Below, in pieces: positions 41,939 to 52,536 of a DNA stretch of 64,000 nucleotides (position 1 is the stretch's first letter; each line of letters starts with the position of its first letter). The translations under genes were made by a program, and so were the position numbers. This stretch comes from Candidatus Poribacteria bacterium (GTDB lineage Bacteria > Poribacteria > WGA-4E > WGA-3G). The stretch spans positions 128,001-192,000 of the forward strand of contig CAXXUA010000002.1 in assembly GCA_963663765.2 (NCBI GenBank), in the 5' to 3' direction. The notes below the pieces were generated by a model. That model was not told the origin of the DNA, did no database searches, and saw only the letters and a list, made by a program, of their open reading frames with translations.

Positions 41939-44900
41939 AATTATGTAAATTGAAACTCAAGAATCTAAATAGTTTTCGTAATGATGTAGAAATAGATTTT
42001 GAAGAACCACCGTTAGATGACGCGTCACTCGTAGCAATTACCGGACCTACAGGTGCTGGTAAGACAACACTTTTGGACGCAATCTGTGTCGCACTATACG
42101 GTAAAACACCCCGCCTAACAGGAAGTGGAACTCGAAACCCAAGACATCTGATAAGTCATGGTGAAAATGAGGCGTTCGCAGAAGTCTATTTTGAGGTAAA
42201 CAAAAAACGATACCATGCAACTTGGTCTGTTAGACAAACAAAGAATACAAACTATCCCCCAACAACACAACTCTTCGATGAGAATGGGAAGTCTATTACT
42301 AAGAACGTTAGACAGGAAGTAGAATCCATTTTAGGACTGGATTTTTCTGCTTTTAAACGTTCAATCATGTTAGCGCAAGGCGATTTCGCCGCATTTTTAA
42401 GAGCAAGTAGTGAAGAAAGACGGGGTATACTGGAAGCCACAGCTGGTATATATATCTATGATTTACTAAAAGAACATTTGTTAGAAAAAGTCAGTGAGTT
42501 GAACAGGATTTATGATGAGGTGGATAGAAAAATTGAACAAATACCAGATTCCTCACAAGAACAGGTTGAAAAAGCAACAGCAGAACTAAAAAGTCTGAAA
42601 ACGGAAGTAGAAAAGTTAGAGGAACAGCATCATAGAATTGAAACGGAAAAGAGTCAAGAAACAAAACGGAAAGAAAACTTTGAAAACCTGCAAACTGCAG
42701 AAAAAAGACTAAGAGAACTTATCAATCAACAACTGAACATAGACGAACTGAAAACCGAACTTGAACGCGCTGAACGAGCAAACCAACTGCGGGCTGAAAA
42801 GCAGTCTTATGAGACAGCCAAGGCAGACCACACAAATGCTGAATCTGAACTAAAGCAAGCAAAAAAAGACCTTACTGATGCGAAAACGGAGTTAAATACG
42901 CATAAAGATCAGTTTGAAAAAAAAGAAAAGACATATTTGAAAACATCTGATAATCGAAATAAGAAGCTAACTATTTATACAGAGGCGAAATCGGATGTGG
43001 CGCGCGCAAAAGAAAAGTTTTCGGAAGCAGAGGATCGTTCTCCTACTTTACAGTCACTGAATAATAATATAGACACTGTAGATAACACATTAACACAGAA
43101 TACTACCCAACGAGATGAACTGGAAAGACAAATTAACGAAGCACAAAATTACATCAAAGAAAATCCGTTGCCATCTGACCGACAACAACGACTCGTCAGA
43201 GTGAGTGAGTTATTGACTGAAATTAACTCACAACAAGCAAACTTAGACGCAAAAACTAATACGCAGGCAGAACACATCTCAGAAATACAGGAATTGGAAG
43301 AGCAAATCACAGAACTTACAAACAAACGAGAGAAACTCAACGAAAAAAAGAAGAAACTATCCAAATCTCTTAAACAAGTTGAAACTCAATTCAAAAAACT
43401 TCAAGAAAAAGGAACACTTGAAGAATGGCAAAGCAGAAGATCTAAAGCAATAAGGGCGCAACTCATAGCACAGCAATTTGAAATTACCGGTAAGCAACTT
43501 GGTGATGAAACTGAGAACTTAGAGTCATTACAGCAACATAATGGGACACTTTCTGAAGACTTAGAAGACCTTCAGAGTAAAATATTGGATGCTGATCAAC
43601 TCTGTAAAAGCGAAAATGCTGAAGTTGAGAAGTTGGAAGCAAACATCCAATTGGCAAAATTAGCAGACCACGTAAATGAACTACGCGAACAATTAGAATC
43701 AGGTGAACCTTGTCCGGTCTGTGGTGCTACAGACCATCCTGATGCTGACAAAGTTGAAATTGAAAGTAAAGAACAAGTAAAAGTCATTCAGAAATCCTTA
43801 AAAAAAGCAAAAGCGAAAGCAAAAAAGGCACAGGAACAGCACCAGAAATTTTTGAATGACCAAGTACGTACCGAACATGATAAAGAATCCACTGCAAATG
43901 AAATTGCTGAATGCAAAGAGTTGCTTGAAAACTTGCGAACTGATATAAACGATATTCATGAGAATTGGCGAGAACTGTATGAATCTACAAACATCTCATC
44001 AGATTGGGTTCAAGAAAAACTGACAGAAGCAGACGCTGCGATTGAAAACCACAACACCACTCATGATACTTACAATGAAAAAACATATAGACTAAATTCT
44101 ATTACTCAAGAACTTGAGACCTGTGAACGCGATCATAAACGCGAAAGCGAACAAATGGAAAATACCCAAAACCGATTACATACTGTAACAGAACAGATAG
44201 AAGACCTAAAGGAAGACATCAAGGCTACCCAGGAACGTTTTTGGGAGTCAATGCCAAACCCTTTCCACGAAGATACACCCGCTGAAGCTGTCAAGAACTT
44301 CAAGAATAAGATTGATAAGGTTGATAAATACGATCAGAAACTTACTAAAATGGACACTGAACTCCAGAAACTTATTGTAAATATTAAGCATAACGAAATT
44401 AATATTACTAACCTGAACCAACAGCTTAAGGAAGTTAAGGGTAGAATCAAGCAGTATCAGAGTGAAGGTGAATCTATACTGGAAATCGTGCGGGAGAAAA
44501 CTAACGGATTAGAAACCGAAAATGAAATAAACGATGCTATCCAGAAGTTGGACACTAACTTAAACGAAAAAAAGAAAGCACATGATGATGCTCAGCAAGT
44601 ATTACAGGATACCAAAAATCTACACACACAAAAAACAACTGCACACACATTCTGTTTTGAACGATTGGAAGAAATGCACAATAGACTTGAGTCTGAAAAA
44701 GAAATATATTTCAATAAATTGGAAAAAGAAGGATTTGAGTCCCCCGACACTCATCAAAACGCGTTTCGCGATGATACACAGATGCAAGAAATAATTGAGA
44801 AAATTGAAACCCATGAAACTGATAAGCAAAACCATAAACAAACTATTTCTCAACTGTCACCACAATTTAAGAAAACCCCGTTTGATTCAGATACACTAAT

Positions 44901-45546
44901 AAAGATTTCTGAAAAAGAAGATGAAATTGATGCACAGATTCAACACACACGAGAACAAATTGGTGCAAAACAAAATGAACTTAAAAACTTGAAAGATGCT
45001 GTTAAAAAACGAGAAGAACTTGATTCCGAATTACAAGCAGCAAAGCAAGAACTAAAACGTTGGCAAACACTGCAAGAAACGATTCCCGCAAATGCATTGC
45101 GCGATTTCGCATTAGATATTACATTCAAACAGGTCAGTGTTATAGCCAACGCTCACTTGGAATACCTAACATCTGAAAGGTATCAACTCAAAGTAGAAAA
45201 CATAGGAAAATTGACCGTCCTTGATAGGTGGAACGCAAATGAAGAACGACCGGTTGAAACATTATCTGGTGGAGAATCGTTTTTAACAAGTCTTGCTCTG
45301 GCACTTGCTCTTTCTGAACTCAGCAAAGGCCGTTCACAACTCAATTCTCTCTTTCTTGACGAGGGTTTTGGGACATTGGATGCAGAAACATTAGATATTG
45401 CTATTGCTGCTTTGGAAGGACTCCGCATGCAAGGTAGGAGTATCTATCTAATCAGTCACATTCAGGAATTAACAAGACGTTTACCCGTTAAAATAAATGT
45501 TCGGAAACGGGGTAATGGAAGTTCGTATGTTGAAGTAAGAGATTAA
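41935..45546 (+). CDS. sbcC: Exonuclease SbcCD subunit C (SMC-like ATPase)
   Basis: GPTGAGKTT, coiled coils, CPVCG hook, LSGGE, FLDEGFG. Confidence 0.95.
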   Translation: MKLCKLKLKNLNSFRNDVEIDFEEPPLDDASLVAITGPTGAGKTTLLDAICVALYGKTPRLTGSGTRNPRHLISHGENEAFAEVYFEVNKKRYHATWSVRQTKNTNYPPTTQLFDENGKSITKNVRQEVESILGLDFSAFKRSIMLAQGDFAAFLRASSEERRGILEATAGIYIYDLLKEHLLEKVSELNRIYDEVDRKIEQIPDSSQEQVEKATAELKSLKTEVEKLEEQHHRIETEKSQETKRKENFENLQTAEKRLRELINQQLNIDELKTELERAERANQLRAEKQSYETAKADHTNAESELKQAKKDLTDAKTELNTHKDQFEKKEKTYLKTSDNRNKKLTIYTEAKSDVARAKEKFSEAEDRSPTLQSLNNNIDTVDNTLTQNTTQRDELERQINEAQNYIKENPLPSDRQQRLVRVSELLTEINSQQANLDAKTNTQAEHISEIQELEEQITELTNKREKLNEKKKKLSKSLKQVETQFKKLQEKGTLEEWQSRRSKAIRAQLIAQQFEITGKQLGDETENLESLQQHNGTLSEDLEDLQSKILDADQLCKSENAEVEKLEANIQLAKLADHVNELREQLESGEPCPVCGATDHPDADKVEIESKEQVKVIQKSLKKAKAKAKKAQEQHQKFLNDQVRTEHDKESTANEIAECKELLENLRTDINDIHENWRELYESTNISSDWVQEKLTEADAAIENHNTTHDTYNEKTYRLNSITQELETCERDHKRESEQMENTQNRLHTVTEQIEDLKEDIKATQERFWESMPNPFHEDTPAEAVKNFKNKIDKVDKYDQKLTKMDTELQKLIVNIKHNEINITNLNQQLKEVKGRIKQYQSEGESILEIVREKTNGLETENEINDAIQKLDTNLNEKKKAHDDAQQVLQDTKNLHTQKTTAHTFCFERLEEMHNRLESEKEIYFNKLEKEGFESPDTHQNAFRDDTQMQEIIEKIETHETDKQNHKQTISQLSPQFKKTPFDSDTLIKISEKEDEIDAQIQHTREQIGAKQNELKNLKDAVKKREELDSELQAAKQELKRWQTLQETIPANALRDFALDITFKQVSVIANAHLEYLTSERYQLKVENIGKLTVLDRWNANEERPVETLSGGESFLTSLALALALSELSKGRSQLNSLFLDEGFGTLDAETLDIAIAALEGLRMQGRSIYLISHIQELTRRLPVKINVRKRGNGSSYVEVRD

Positions 45547-45628
45547 CGTAAATTAATGTACGTTTTTTGGTATACTTATAATAGAGATGTTATTTGTAAC
45601 AAGTGTCTAATTGTTCCTATGAATAAAA

Positions 45629-45818
45629 CAGGACTTATGCAGTTTTCATGATTTGATGAAGAATTATTACGAAAATGGTGTATTTTTCAGCATTTTTTCG
45701 GTTTCCAGCGCGCTTACAAAGCACCAAATCAAGAAATCAACGGTATGAATCATGGCGAATGCCATACGCGCATTCGCCAATATGCATTCCCCGTCTACAA
45801 TTGGGCGCGTAAGTACTG
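45629..45818 (-). mobile_element. MITE family A copy, reverse orientation, site 1 filled
   Basis: CAGGACTTATGCA...CGCGTAAGTACTG; module at 45724-45791. Confidence 0.82.
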
Positions 45819-45908
45819 TAATATTTACTATTTTTGAACTCAATCTCAGGAAAATAATTATACTGTACGTTCTATGATAAATCATTGTAACATAATTGGA
45901 GGCATTAT

Positions 45909-46667
45909 ATGCAATTTGGTTTCATGTCGTCTGTCTGTCCGCCGTTCACGTTGGCAGAACTCATTGACAAAGCAAAACAATACAACTACGAACATTTGGA
46001 ATTCCGTGTAGAATGGGGACACAAACACGGTGTTGAACTGGATTCTTCATCCCAACAACTAAATGATGCAAAAAAGCTCTTAGCTGACAGTGGGATAACA
46101 TTATCATGTATCGCAACAGGGGTCAGATTCATTAATCCCGACGCACAAAAACGGACAGAACAAGTTGAACTATTGAAACGGTACATAGACCTTGCACAAA
46201 AGATGGATGCAAAGAATATACGTTTCTTTGGTGACCCTGTACCAAAAACACCCGTTGAAATAGATAAAACATTAGATTGGGAAGCAGATGGTATCCGCGC
46301 TTGTGACGGTTTAGCTGGTGATGCAGACGTCGCACTCTGTTTAGAGACACACGGTAATCTTCTCGCAAGCTACTTAGCAGAAGTCTTATACCGTGCCGAA
46401 GCACAAAACACTTATGTGAACTGGCACGCAGCACATCATGTCAGACACGGACAACCTGTGGATGTCGCTTATGTACATCTACGAAATAAAATAAGACATG
46501 CACATGTGAGTTTCGGTAATGAAGGTGACATGCCAGATACAGAAAGGGATTCTCTGCAACTGCTCAAAAAAGATAACTATGAGGGGTTTATCTCTATAGA
46601 GGTTATCAATCCAAAAGATTCAGAGGCAGTACTCAAACGACATGCAGAACTATATAAAACTCTCTGA
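45909..46667 (+). CDS. Sugar phosphate isomerase/epimerase (xylose isomerase-like TIM barrel)
   Basis: LEFR, LETHG, HAHV, YEGFISIE. Confidence 0.8.
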   Translation: MQFGFMSSVCPPFTLAELIDKAKQYNYEHLEFRVEWGHKHGVELDSSSQQLNDAKKLLADSGITLSCIATGVRFINPDAQKRTEQVELLKRYIDLAQKMDAKNIRFFGDPVPKTPVEIDKTLDWEADGIRACDGLAGDADVALCLETHGNLLASYLAEVLYRAEAQNTYVNWHAAHHVRHGQPVDVAYVHLRNKIRHAHVSFGNEGDMPDTERDSLQLLKKDNYEGFISIEVINPKDSEAVLKRHAELYKTL

Positions 46668-46744
46668 TTCGGTTGACGTTATAAGACAAGGTAGAATTAA
46701 CGATAAACGGTGGGCATGCAGGACGCATGTCTACCAAATATCAT

Positions 46745-47074
46745 CTATACACTAAATGATTCTCCGCAACCACAAGTGTTTTTTGCATTCGGATTGCTTA
46801 TCTTGAAACCAGACTCCATTAGACCGTCATTGTAATCTAATACCGAACCCGCAAGATATAGTGAACTGCGCGGATCAATGAACACTCTTAGACCGTGAAA
46901 CTCATAAACTCTATCTGTCTCTTTTTTGCCACTGAATTCAAGGCTATATTGAAATCCTGAACATCCACCCCCAATAACCTGCATGCGTAACCCAAGATCC
47001 TCTTCGGTACTACTATCGTTGCTACTTATGAGTGTAATAGCTTTTTGTGCTGCAGCTTCTGTTACATTAATCAT
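46745..47074 (-). CDS. iscA: A-type Fe-S carrier (IscA/ErpA/HesB family)
   Basis: GGGCSGFQY and NPNAKNTCGCGESF. Confidence 0.92.
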   Translation of the reverse strand: MINVTEAAAQKAITLISSNDSSTEEDLGLRMQVIGGGCSGFQYSLEFSGKKETDRVYEFHGLRVFIDPRSSLYLAGSVLDYNDGLMESGFKISNPNAKNTCGCGESFSV

Positions 47075-47448
47075 TGCAATGTCTCCTGTTTTGAAAATGA
47101 ACTTACTATCGCATTTTTGAGCACTTCTTCTGCGTAGGTCGCAAAACGTAATTTGTCCTCTGGTAGTCCACCTAATGCGTTTGAAATATCCGATTCGGTG
47201 ATATTATCTGCAGCTGAAATGCTGTTATTGATGACCAATTCTGTAAGCACTGAACCACTTGCTATCACTGTTGGACACCCGAACGCACGAAACTTCGCAT
47301 CAATAACAATACCATCTGATATTTTTAACGTTAGTTTCAGCATCTCCCCACTAGCTGCAGAACCGATTGTCGCTGTACCATCCGCATCAGCAATTGTACC
47401 AACATTAAGTGGATTTTCAAAATGTTCAGTTACCTCTTGAGAATACAT
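47071..47448 (-). CDS. IscU/NifU-N-like protein with degenerate ligands
   Basis: YS..V.EHFENPLNVG and FGC; only one Cys in the protein. Confidence 0.8.
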   Translation of the reverse strand: MYSQEVTEHFENPLNVGTIADADGTATIGSAASGEMLKLTLKISDGIVIDAKFRAFGCPTVIASGSVLTELVINNSISAADNITESDISNALGGLPEDKLRFATYAEEVLKNAIVSSFSKQETLQ

Positions 47449-47630
47449 AGCACATTACCAACTAAGACATACAACGCATCACAATAACTTCTTTTATTCC
47501 ATATTATAACTTATAATTATTCAAATGTCAATAACTTTACACATACCAACTACAATTCCCACTTGATAATTTTTCAAGTTTTGTTTATTATATAGGGACA
47601 CTTTGGTTGATTACCGGAATCATTTATTAA

Positions 47631-47822
47631 CAGGACTTACGCACCTAACGGTAGGCGCGCTTTGAAGGCGGGGAATGCCAAAAGGCATTCATACCCGGGG
47701 AATGCCAAAAGGCATTCATACCGTTGATTTCTTGATTTGGCGCTGGAAACCAAAAAAATGCTGAAAATTACACCTTTTTCGTCATAATTCTACATCAAAT
47801 TATGAAAACTGCGTAAGTCCTG
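47631..47822 (+). mobile_element. MITE family A copy, site 2 filled
   Basis: Perfect TIRs; TSD ATTAA at 47626-47630 and 47823-47827; module at 47671-47740. Confidence 0.9.
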
Positions 47823-47842
47823 ATTAAAAGGAGGACACGAGT

Positions 47843-48865
47843 ATGGCAGGTAAACTGAAAGTGGCAGCTGTAGGTTGTGGTGGAATCGGATTGTTACATC
47901 AGCACGGTTATCTGAAACATCAAGGTGCAGAATTGGTGGCTGTGTGTGATATAGACACTAACAAAGCAAAAAAACGCGCAGATGAACTTAGTATTGACAA
48001 GTGGTATCCATCCATTAAAGAAATGCTTGCGAATGAAGAGTGTGACCTCGTCGACGTAGTGACTGCAGACAATTTACATTTTGAACCTGTGATGGAGTGT
48101 CTTGAAGCTGGAAAACATGTTATTTCTGAAAAACCGCTGGCTCTTGACATAAATGAAGCAGAACAGATGGTGACAAAAGCAGAAGAAAAAGGTGTCCACC
48201 TCGCTATAGACTACAATAGACGCTTTGCACCAGGTTATGTACAAGCAAGAAAATGGTTTGACAATAATGCTATCGGACAGACATATTATCTTGATATGAA
48301 ACTATCACAAGGTGGACCCGCCTCAACTTGGAAAGGTGAGTATTATCTACTCTACGAATTACAGACGCATGCACTGGACCTATTACGCTGGTTTGGTGGA
48401 GAGATTGTTGGTGTTTGTGCAGAAATGGTAAAACCAAGAAAAAATGAAGCACGCGAAGGTGAAAACGCTTGTTTTACAAGCATGGCAATCTCACTGCGAT
48501 ATGAAACAGAAACTGTCGCAACGTTGTTGGCAAGTTGGGATAGCGATTTTATCCATCCAATTGAGCGACTTGAAATATGCGGTTCAAAAGGTGAGATCCT
48601 TGTTGATAATGTCCTCAACAAAGCAACACTCATGAAACGCGACAACCAAGTTGTTGAAGAATATCGTCCTTCTATTTTCCGAAATGAACAACTCGCTTTT
48701 GATGGCACTTTCGCGCTACGTATGGCTGCATTGGTTGATGACCTACTAAATAACCGAATCCCAGAACCTACTGGTAAGGACGGTTTGCAGGCAATGCGGA
48801 TCACTGAAGCAATCGTGGAATCATGGAAAGAAAAACGTGAAATCATGGTAAAAATAGACAATTAA
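47843..48865 (+). CDS. Gfo/Idh/MocA family oxidoreductase
   Basis: VGCGGIG, HVISEKP, YNRRF. Confidence 0.88.
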   Translation: MAGKLKVAAVGCGGIGLLHQHGYLKHQGAELVAVCDIDTNKAKKRADELSIDKWYPSIKEMLANEECDLVDVVTADNLHFEPVMECLEAGKHVISEKPLALDINEAEQMVTKAEEKGVHLAIDYNRRFAPGYVQARKWFDNNAIGQTYYLDMKLSQGGPASTWKGEYYLLYELQTHALDLLRWFGGEIVGVCAEMVKPRKNEAREGENACFTSMAISLRYETETVATLLASWDSDFIHPIERLEICGSKGEILVDNVLNKATLMKRDNQVVEEYRPSIFRNEQLAFDGTFALRMAALVDDLLNNRIPEPTGKDGLQAMRITEAIVESWKEKREIMVKIDN

Positions 48866-48888
48866 CACTGTGCAATACTACATTAAAC

Positions 48889-49090
48889 CAGGACTTACGC
48901 ATTAAACGGTAGACGAGGAATGGTATATAACATTCATACCTAGGGAATGCCATTGGGCGAAGGCGCGTACGGCATTCGCAGTGGTTCATACCGTTGATTT
49001 GCCGGTCGCGATTTTCTCAGGAAACCACCAAAATACCTAAAACTGAATAACCCTGGCTTAAGTGTGTAATTAATTCTAAAATCTACCATA
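48889..49090 (+). repeat. Chimeric repeat: MITE A left end, hairpin modules, ends of other repeat families
   Basis: CAGGACTTACGCA, degenerate modules, CTGAATAACCCTGGC (reverse complement at about 53519), AATTCTAAAATCTACCATA. Confidence 0.6.
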
Positions 49091-49123
49091 ATATGATACA
49101 ATTGAAATAATAGGGCAGATATA

Positions 49124-50035
49124 ATGGACTGGAAAGAACCCCTACAAGATATAATAACCCAACCCACCACACGACTACGGTTCGCTGAACCACTTGCAAA
49201 GCATACACACTTCGGAATCGGTGGAGAAACAACCGCATTAATAGAAGTCAGCACAAGAGAAGAATTAGCAGCGTTAGCACGTTTTCACAGAAAATGGAAT
49301 ATACCGGTCGCAATCATCGGTAGAGGTGCAAATATGCTGGTAAGTGATAAAGGTTTCAGCGGAATCTGCATAAAATTAATCGGTGAATTAGCACAACTAA
49401 ATGTTGATGGAAATGTTGTTACCGTGGGCGCAGGATTTCCTTTACCAGCACTCTCTAAAGAGATGTCCAGAAAGGGTCTAAGCGGCGTGGAATTTGTTCT
49501 CGGCATACCGGGTACTGTCGGGGGCGCACTCACCATGAACGCTGGGGCATGGGGAAGCAGTTTTGGGGATGTTGTAACAAACGTAACTGTGATGCAGGAT
49601 ACAGGTGAACTCCTAAAGTTAACGCGCTATGAAGCAAACTTTGAATATCGGCGCAGCTGTCTGCATACCTACTTCTGCATCGTAGGGGCAACTTTAACAC
49701 TCACACCTGGAGAAGTAGATACAATTACGGCTAAAATGAACAAACTCTTTAAACAGAAAATAGAAACGCAACCTTTTGTTGAAGAGAATGCCGGGTGTAT
49801 GTTCAAAAATCCACCAGGAGACTCGGCTGGACGACTCATAGACATCAGCGGATTGAAAGGACACCGTATTGGCGGTGCAGAAGTGTCCACAATACACGGA
49901 AATTTTATCCTCAATACCAACAACGCTACAGCAGCAGACGTCTTAGAATTGGTTGACTACATCCAAAATCAGGTGCGTAATAAAACAGGTATCTCACTCG
50001 AAACAGAGGTAAAACGCTTAGGTTTCAAGACATAG
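49124..50035 (+). CDS. murB: UDP-N-acetylenolpyruvoylglucosamine reductase
   Basis: GRGANML, GIPGTVGGA..MNAGA, AGCMFKNP, HGNFI, LETEV. Confidence 0.95.
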   Translation: MDWKEPLQDIITQPTTRLRFAEPLAKHTHFGIGGETTALIEVSTREELAALARFHRKWNIPVAIIGRGANMLVSDKGFSGICIKLIGELAQLNVDGNVVTVGAGFPLPALSKEMSRKGLSGVEFVLGIPGTVGGALTMNAGAWGSSFGDVVTNVTVMQDTGELLKLTRYEANFEYRRSCLHTYFCIVGATLTLTPGEVDTITAKMNKLFKQKIETQPFVEENAGCMFKNPPGDSAGRLIDISGLKGHRIGGAEVSTIHGNFILNTNNATAADVLELVDYIQNQVRNKTGISLETEVKRLGFKT

Positions 50036-50122
50036 AAAATTCATCCCTGACAATATAATTCTTTTACAACCCATTTTAAAAAAAGTCAGATAGCAAAAAG
50101 AACAGCTGAATTTAGGATAAAA

Positions 50123-51346
50123 CTAAGGACGAATGACCGTGCCGTCCATCCGACGAACCGGTGACCAACCCCCATTGAGCGGATGTTCAGGAAACGGAAA
50201 ACGTGCAGCAAGTTCCTCATTTACATCTATGCCGAGTCCAGAAGCTTCATTAACCCAAAAACAACCATCCCGAATCTCTGGACACCCTGGGAAAACCTCT
50301 TTGGTATTCTCACCGAAGACATGTTGCTCCTGAATACCGAAGTTGTAACACGCTAAATCTAAGGCAACATTTGCTGCATGTCCAACAGGAGAAACATCAC
50401 CCGGTCCGTGCCAAGCAGTACGCACACCGAAAAACTCACACAACGCCGCAAGTTTCCGAGCTGGACTAATACCCCCGATTTGCGAGATATGCACACGTAT
50501 AAAATCAATGAGTCGGTCCTTGATCAGATGAACATACTCATTCGGGTTGTTAAACAACTCTCCCATCGCAATTGGGATACTCGTTTGTTGCCGCATCAGT
50601 TGGAAATAGTCCACATCTTCAGGTGCAAACGGGTCTTCAAGAAAAAACAGGTTATACGGTTCCAAGCCTTTAGCAAGATTGATCGCTTGAATGGGCGGTA
50701 TCCGTTCATGCACATCATGCAGAAGTTCTACCTCATCCCCTAACTTATTTCGAAGATGATCAAAAAGTTTGATGACGGTATTGACATAAGGCGTGGGTTC
50801 AAATGCTGGAGAACTACGCTTTCCACCACCCGCACCATAAGTAGTATAACCAGGAATCGCAACCTGTGCACGAACATAACGATACCCTTCTTCCATATAC
50901 CGCCTTACACTGTTCTCAACATGCTCAAAACTGCCACCACCTGCATGCGCATAGAGTGTTGCTGCTTCACGACATTTTCCACCCAATAGTTGATAAACGG
51001 GCATATTTGCACGCTTCCCCATAATGTCCCACAGGGCAATGTCCACACCACTGAGAGCGTTGTTCAAAACCGGTCCATTTCGCCAATACGAACTGACAAA
51101 ACTTGTTTGAAAAATATCTTCTATGTTGCTTGGATCTTTCCCAATCAAGAAAGGTTTAAGGTACTCATCAACAGCTGTGGCAACAGCAAGCGGTCGTTGT
51201 GTAAACGTTGCACAACCAACACCGTATAAACCAGGTTCACTCGTTTCAACCTTTACAACGACAAGCCGAATCCCATCAGGCGCAGTCAGAATAGTTTTGA
51301 TGTCTGTTATCTTCAAAATTGCAGTTCTCCTATTATCTATTACCAA
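50123..51346 (-). CDS. Mannonate dehydratase-like (RspA/ManD) enolase-superfamily enzyme
   Basis: GCATF, YWRNGP, LHDVHER, FLED, MGE, WHGPGDVSP. Confidence 0.88.
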   Translation of the reverse strand: MVIDNRRTAILKITDIKTILTAPDGIRLVVVKVETSEPGLYGVGCATFTQRPLAVATAVDEYLKPFLIGKDPSNIEDIFQTSFVSSYWRNGPVLNNALSGVDIALWDIMGKRANMPVYQLLGGKCREAATLYAHAGGGSFEHVENSVRRYMEEGYRYVRAQVAIPGYTTYGAGGGKRSSPAFEPTPYVNTVIKLFDHLRNKLGDEVELLHDVHERIPPIQAINLAKGLEPYNLFFLEDPFAPEDVDYFQLMRQQTSIPIAMGELFNNPNEYVHLIKDRLIDFIRVHISQIGGISPARKLAALCEFFGVRTAWHGPGDVSPVGHAANVALDLACYNFGIQEQHVFGENTKEVFPGCPEIRDGCFWVNEASGLGIDVNEELAARFPFPEHPLNGGWSPVRRMDGTVIRP

Positions 51347-52053
51347 ATTAACCTAAATTGTAAGGACAGGTCTCAAGGGAATGCCGAAAGACAATCATAC
51401 CGTTGATTTGGTTCCCACCCGTGTTCTCTATACTAAAAACAATACACATCACGTTAATTGGGTATAATTTGTTTAGTATGCTAAGTTCTTATGCTAAAAT
51501 TTACCAAACTGAATAGGGCTTGTCAAGCGAAATCTGACGAAGGGATGTGAAAAGTTCTTTCTACAACAGACGCGTCAATTTATGGATTTTAACCTCTTGT
51601 GGGAGGGGTTTTCAACCCCGATTACAGTAAGACATATAATTAATTGGACATTTTGAGCATCAAACATTTAGTTTGTGCTGATGCAGACACAAACTAAATG
51701 AAGATTAATTTATTAATTCGGTAATAAAATATTTCTCCAACGGTAGGCGGGGGAATGCCTAAATGGCATCCATACCCGGGGAATGCCTTACTGGCATTCA
51801 TACCGTTGATTTGGAGGTCGCTCCTACCAAATAAAAGAATCGGATACTTACATGACAGCCAATATGGTAAATTGTAGAAATGTAAACTTATTTTCAAATT
51901 TCACCATAGTTGTTTTTTTCAAAATTTCGCAAAAACAAGAAACAGCCTTAAACCCATACCACGACACGGTCGAGAACACTTATGAAAATAGGATAAAAAA
52001 CAAGAAAAAACAACTAAAAAATTACGCGATTACACAGGTTACTCATATTTTCT

Positions 52054-52082
52054 TTGACAATCATGACATGACAAAGTATAAT
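52054..52082 (+). promoter_or_regulatory. Perfect-consensus sigma70 promoter
   Basis: TTGACA (52054-52059), 17 bp, TATAAT (52077-52082). Confidence 0.7.
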
Positions 52083-52129
52083 ATAGCACATTATTTTTTC
52101 ACAATTCTAATTACCTATGAGTGAATAGG

Positions 52130-52308
52130 ATGAGAAATCCGTTTTCAAATATATTCAATAAGTACTCCAAAAAGGTCGGACTTCCCCCTAGCATACTCAT
52201 ATATGCTGGTGAAGAACGGGATGAATCCACAAAAATTGAGCTGATTGATTACAATGACACGCACTGTCAAGAAAGTATAGTTGAATCCATCAATGATTAT
52301 GTTAGTTA
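52130..52308 (+). pseudogene. corA: CorA Mg/Co transporter N-terminal fragment
   Basis: SKKVGLPPSILIYAGE..IELIDYN matches the CorA N-terminus; interrupted by a MITE and the remainder is missing. Confidence 0.7.
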
Positions 52309-52501
52309 CAGGACTTACGCACCTAACGGTAGGCGGGGAATGCCAAAACGGCATTCATACCGTTGATTTGGCGCTTTGTAAGCGGGGAATGCCAAAAGGC
52401 ATTCATACCGTTGATTTGGCGCTGGAAACACAAATAATGTTGAAAATTACATCATTTTCATCACAATTCTTGATTAAATCATGAAAACTGCGTAAGTCCT
52501 G
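52309..52501 (+). mobile_element. MITE family A copy, both sites filled
   Basis: Perfect TIRs; TSD AGTTA at 52304-52308 and 52502-52506; modules at 52336-52371 and 52385-52419. Confidence 0.92.
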
Positions 52502-52536
52502 AGTTATTGTTATCATATGGGTGTGAAGGAGTTATT

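Noticed and set aside
40769-45546. SMC ATPase plus nuclease as a novel defence system
   Set aside because: Motifs and gene order match ordinary sbcDC.
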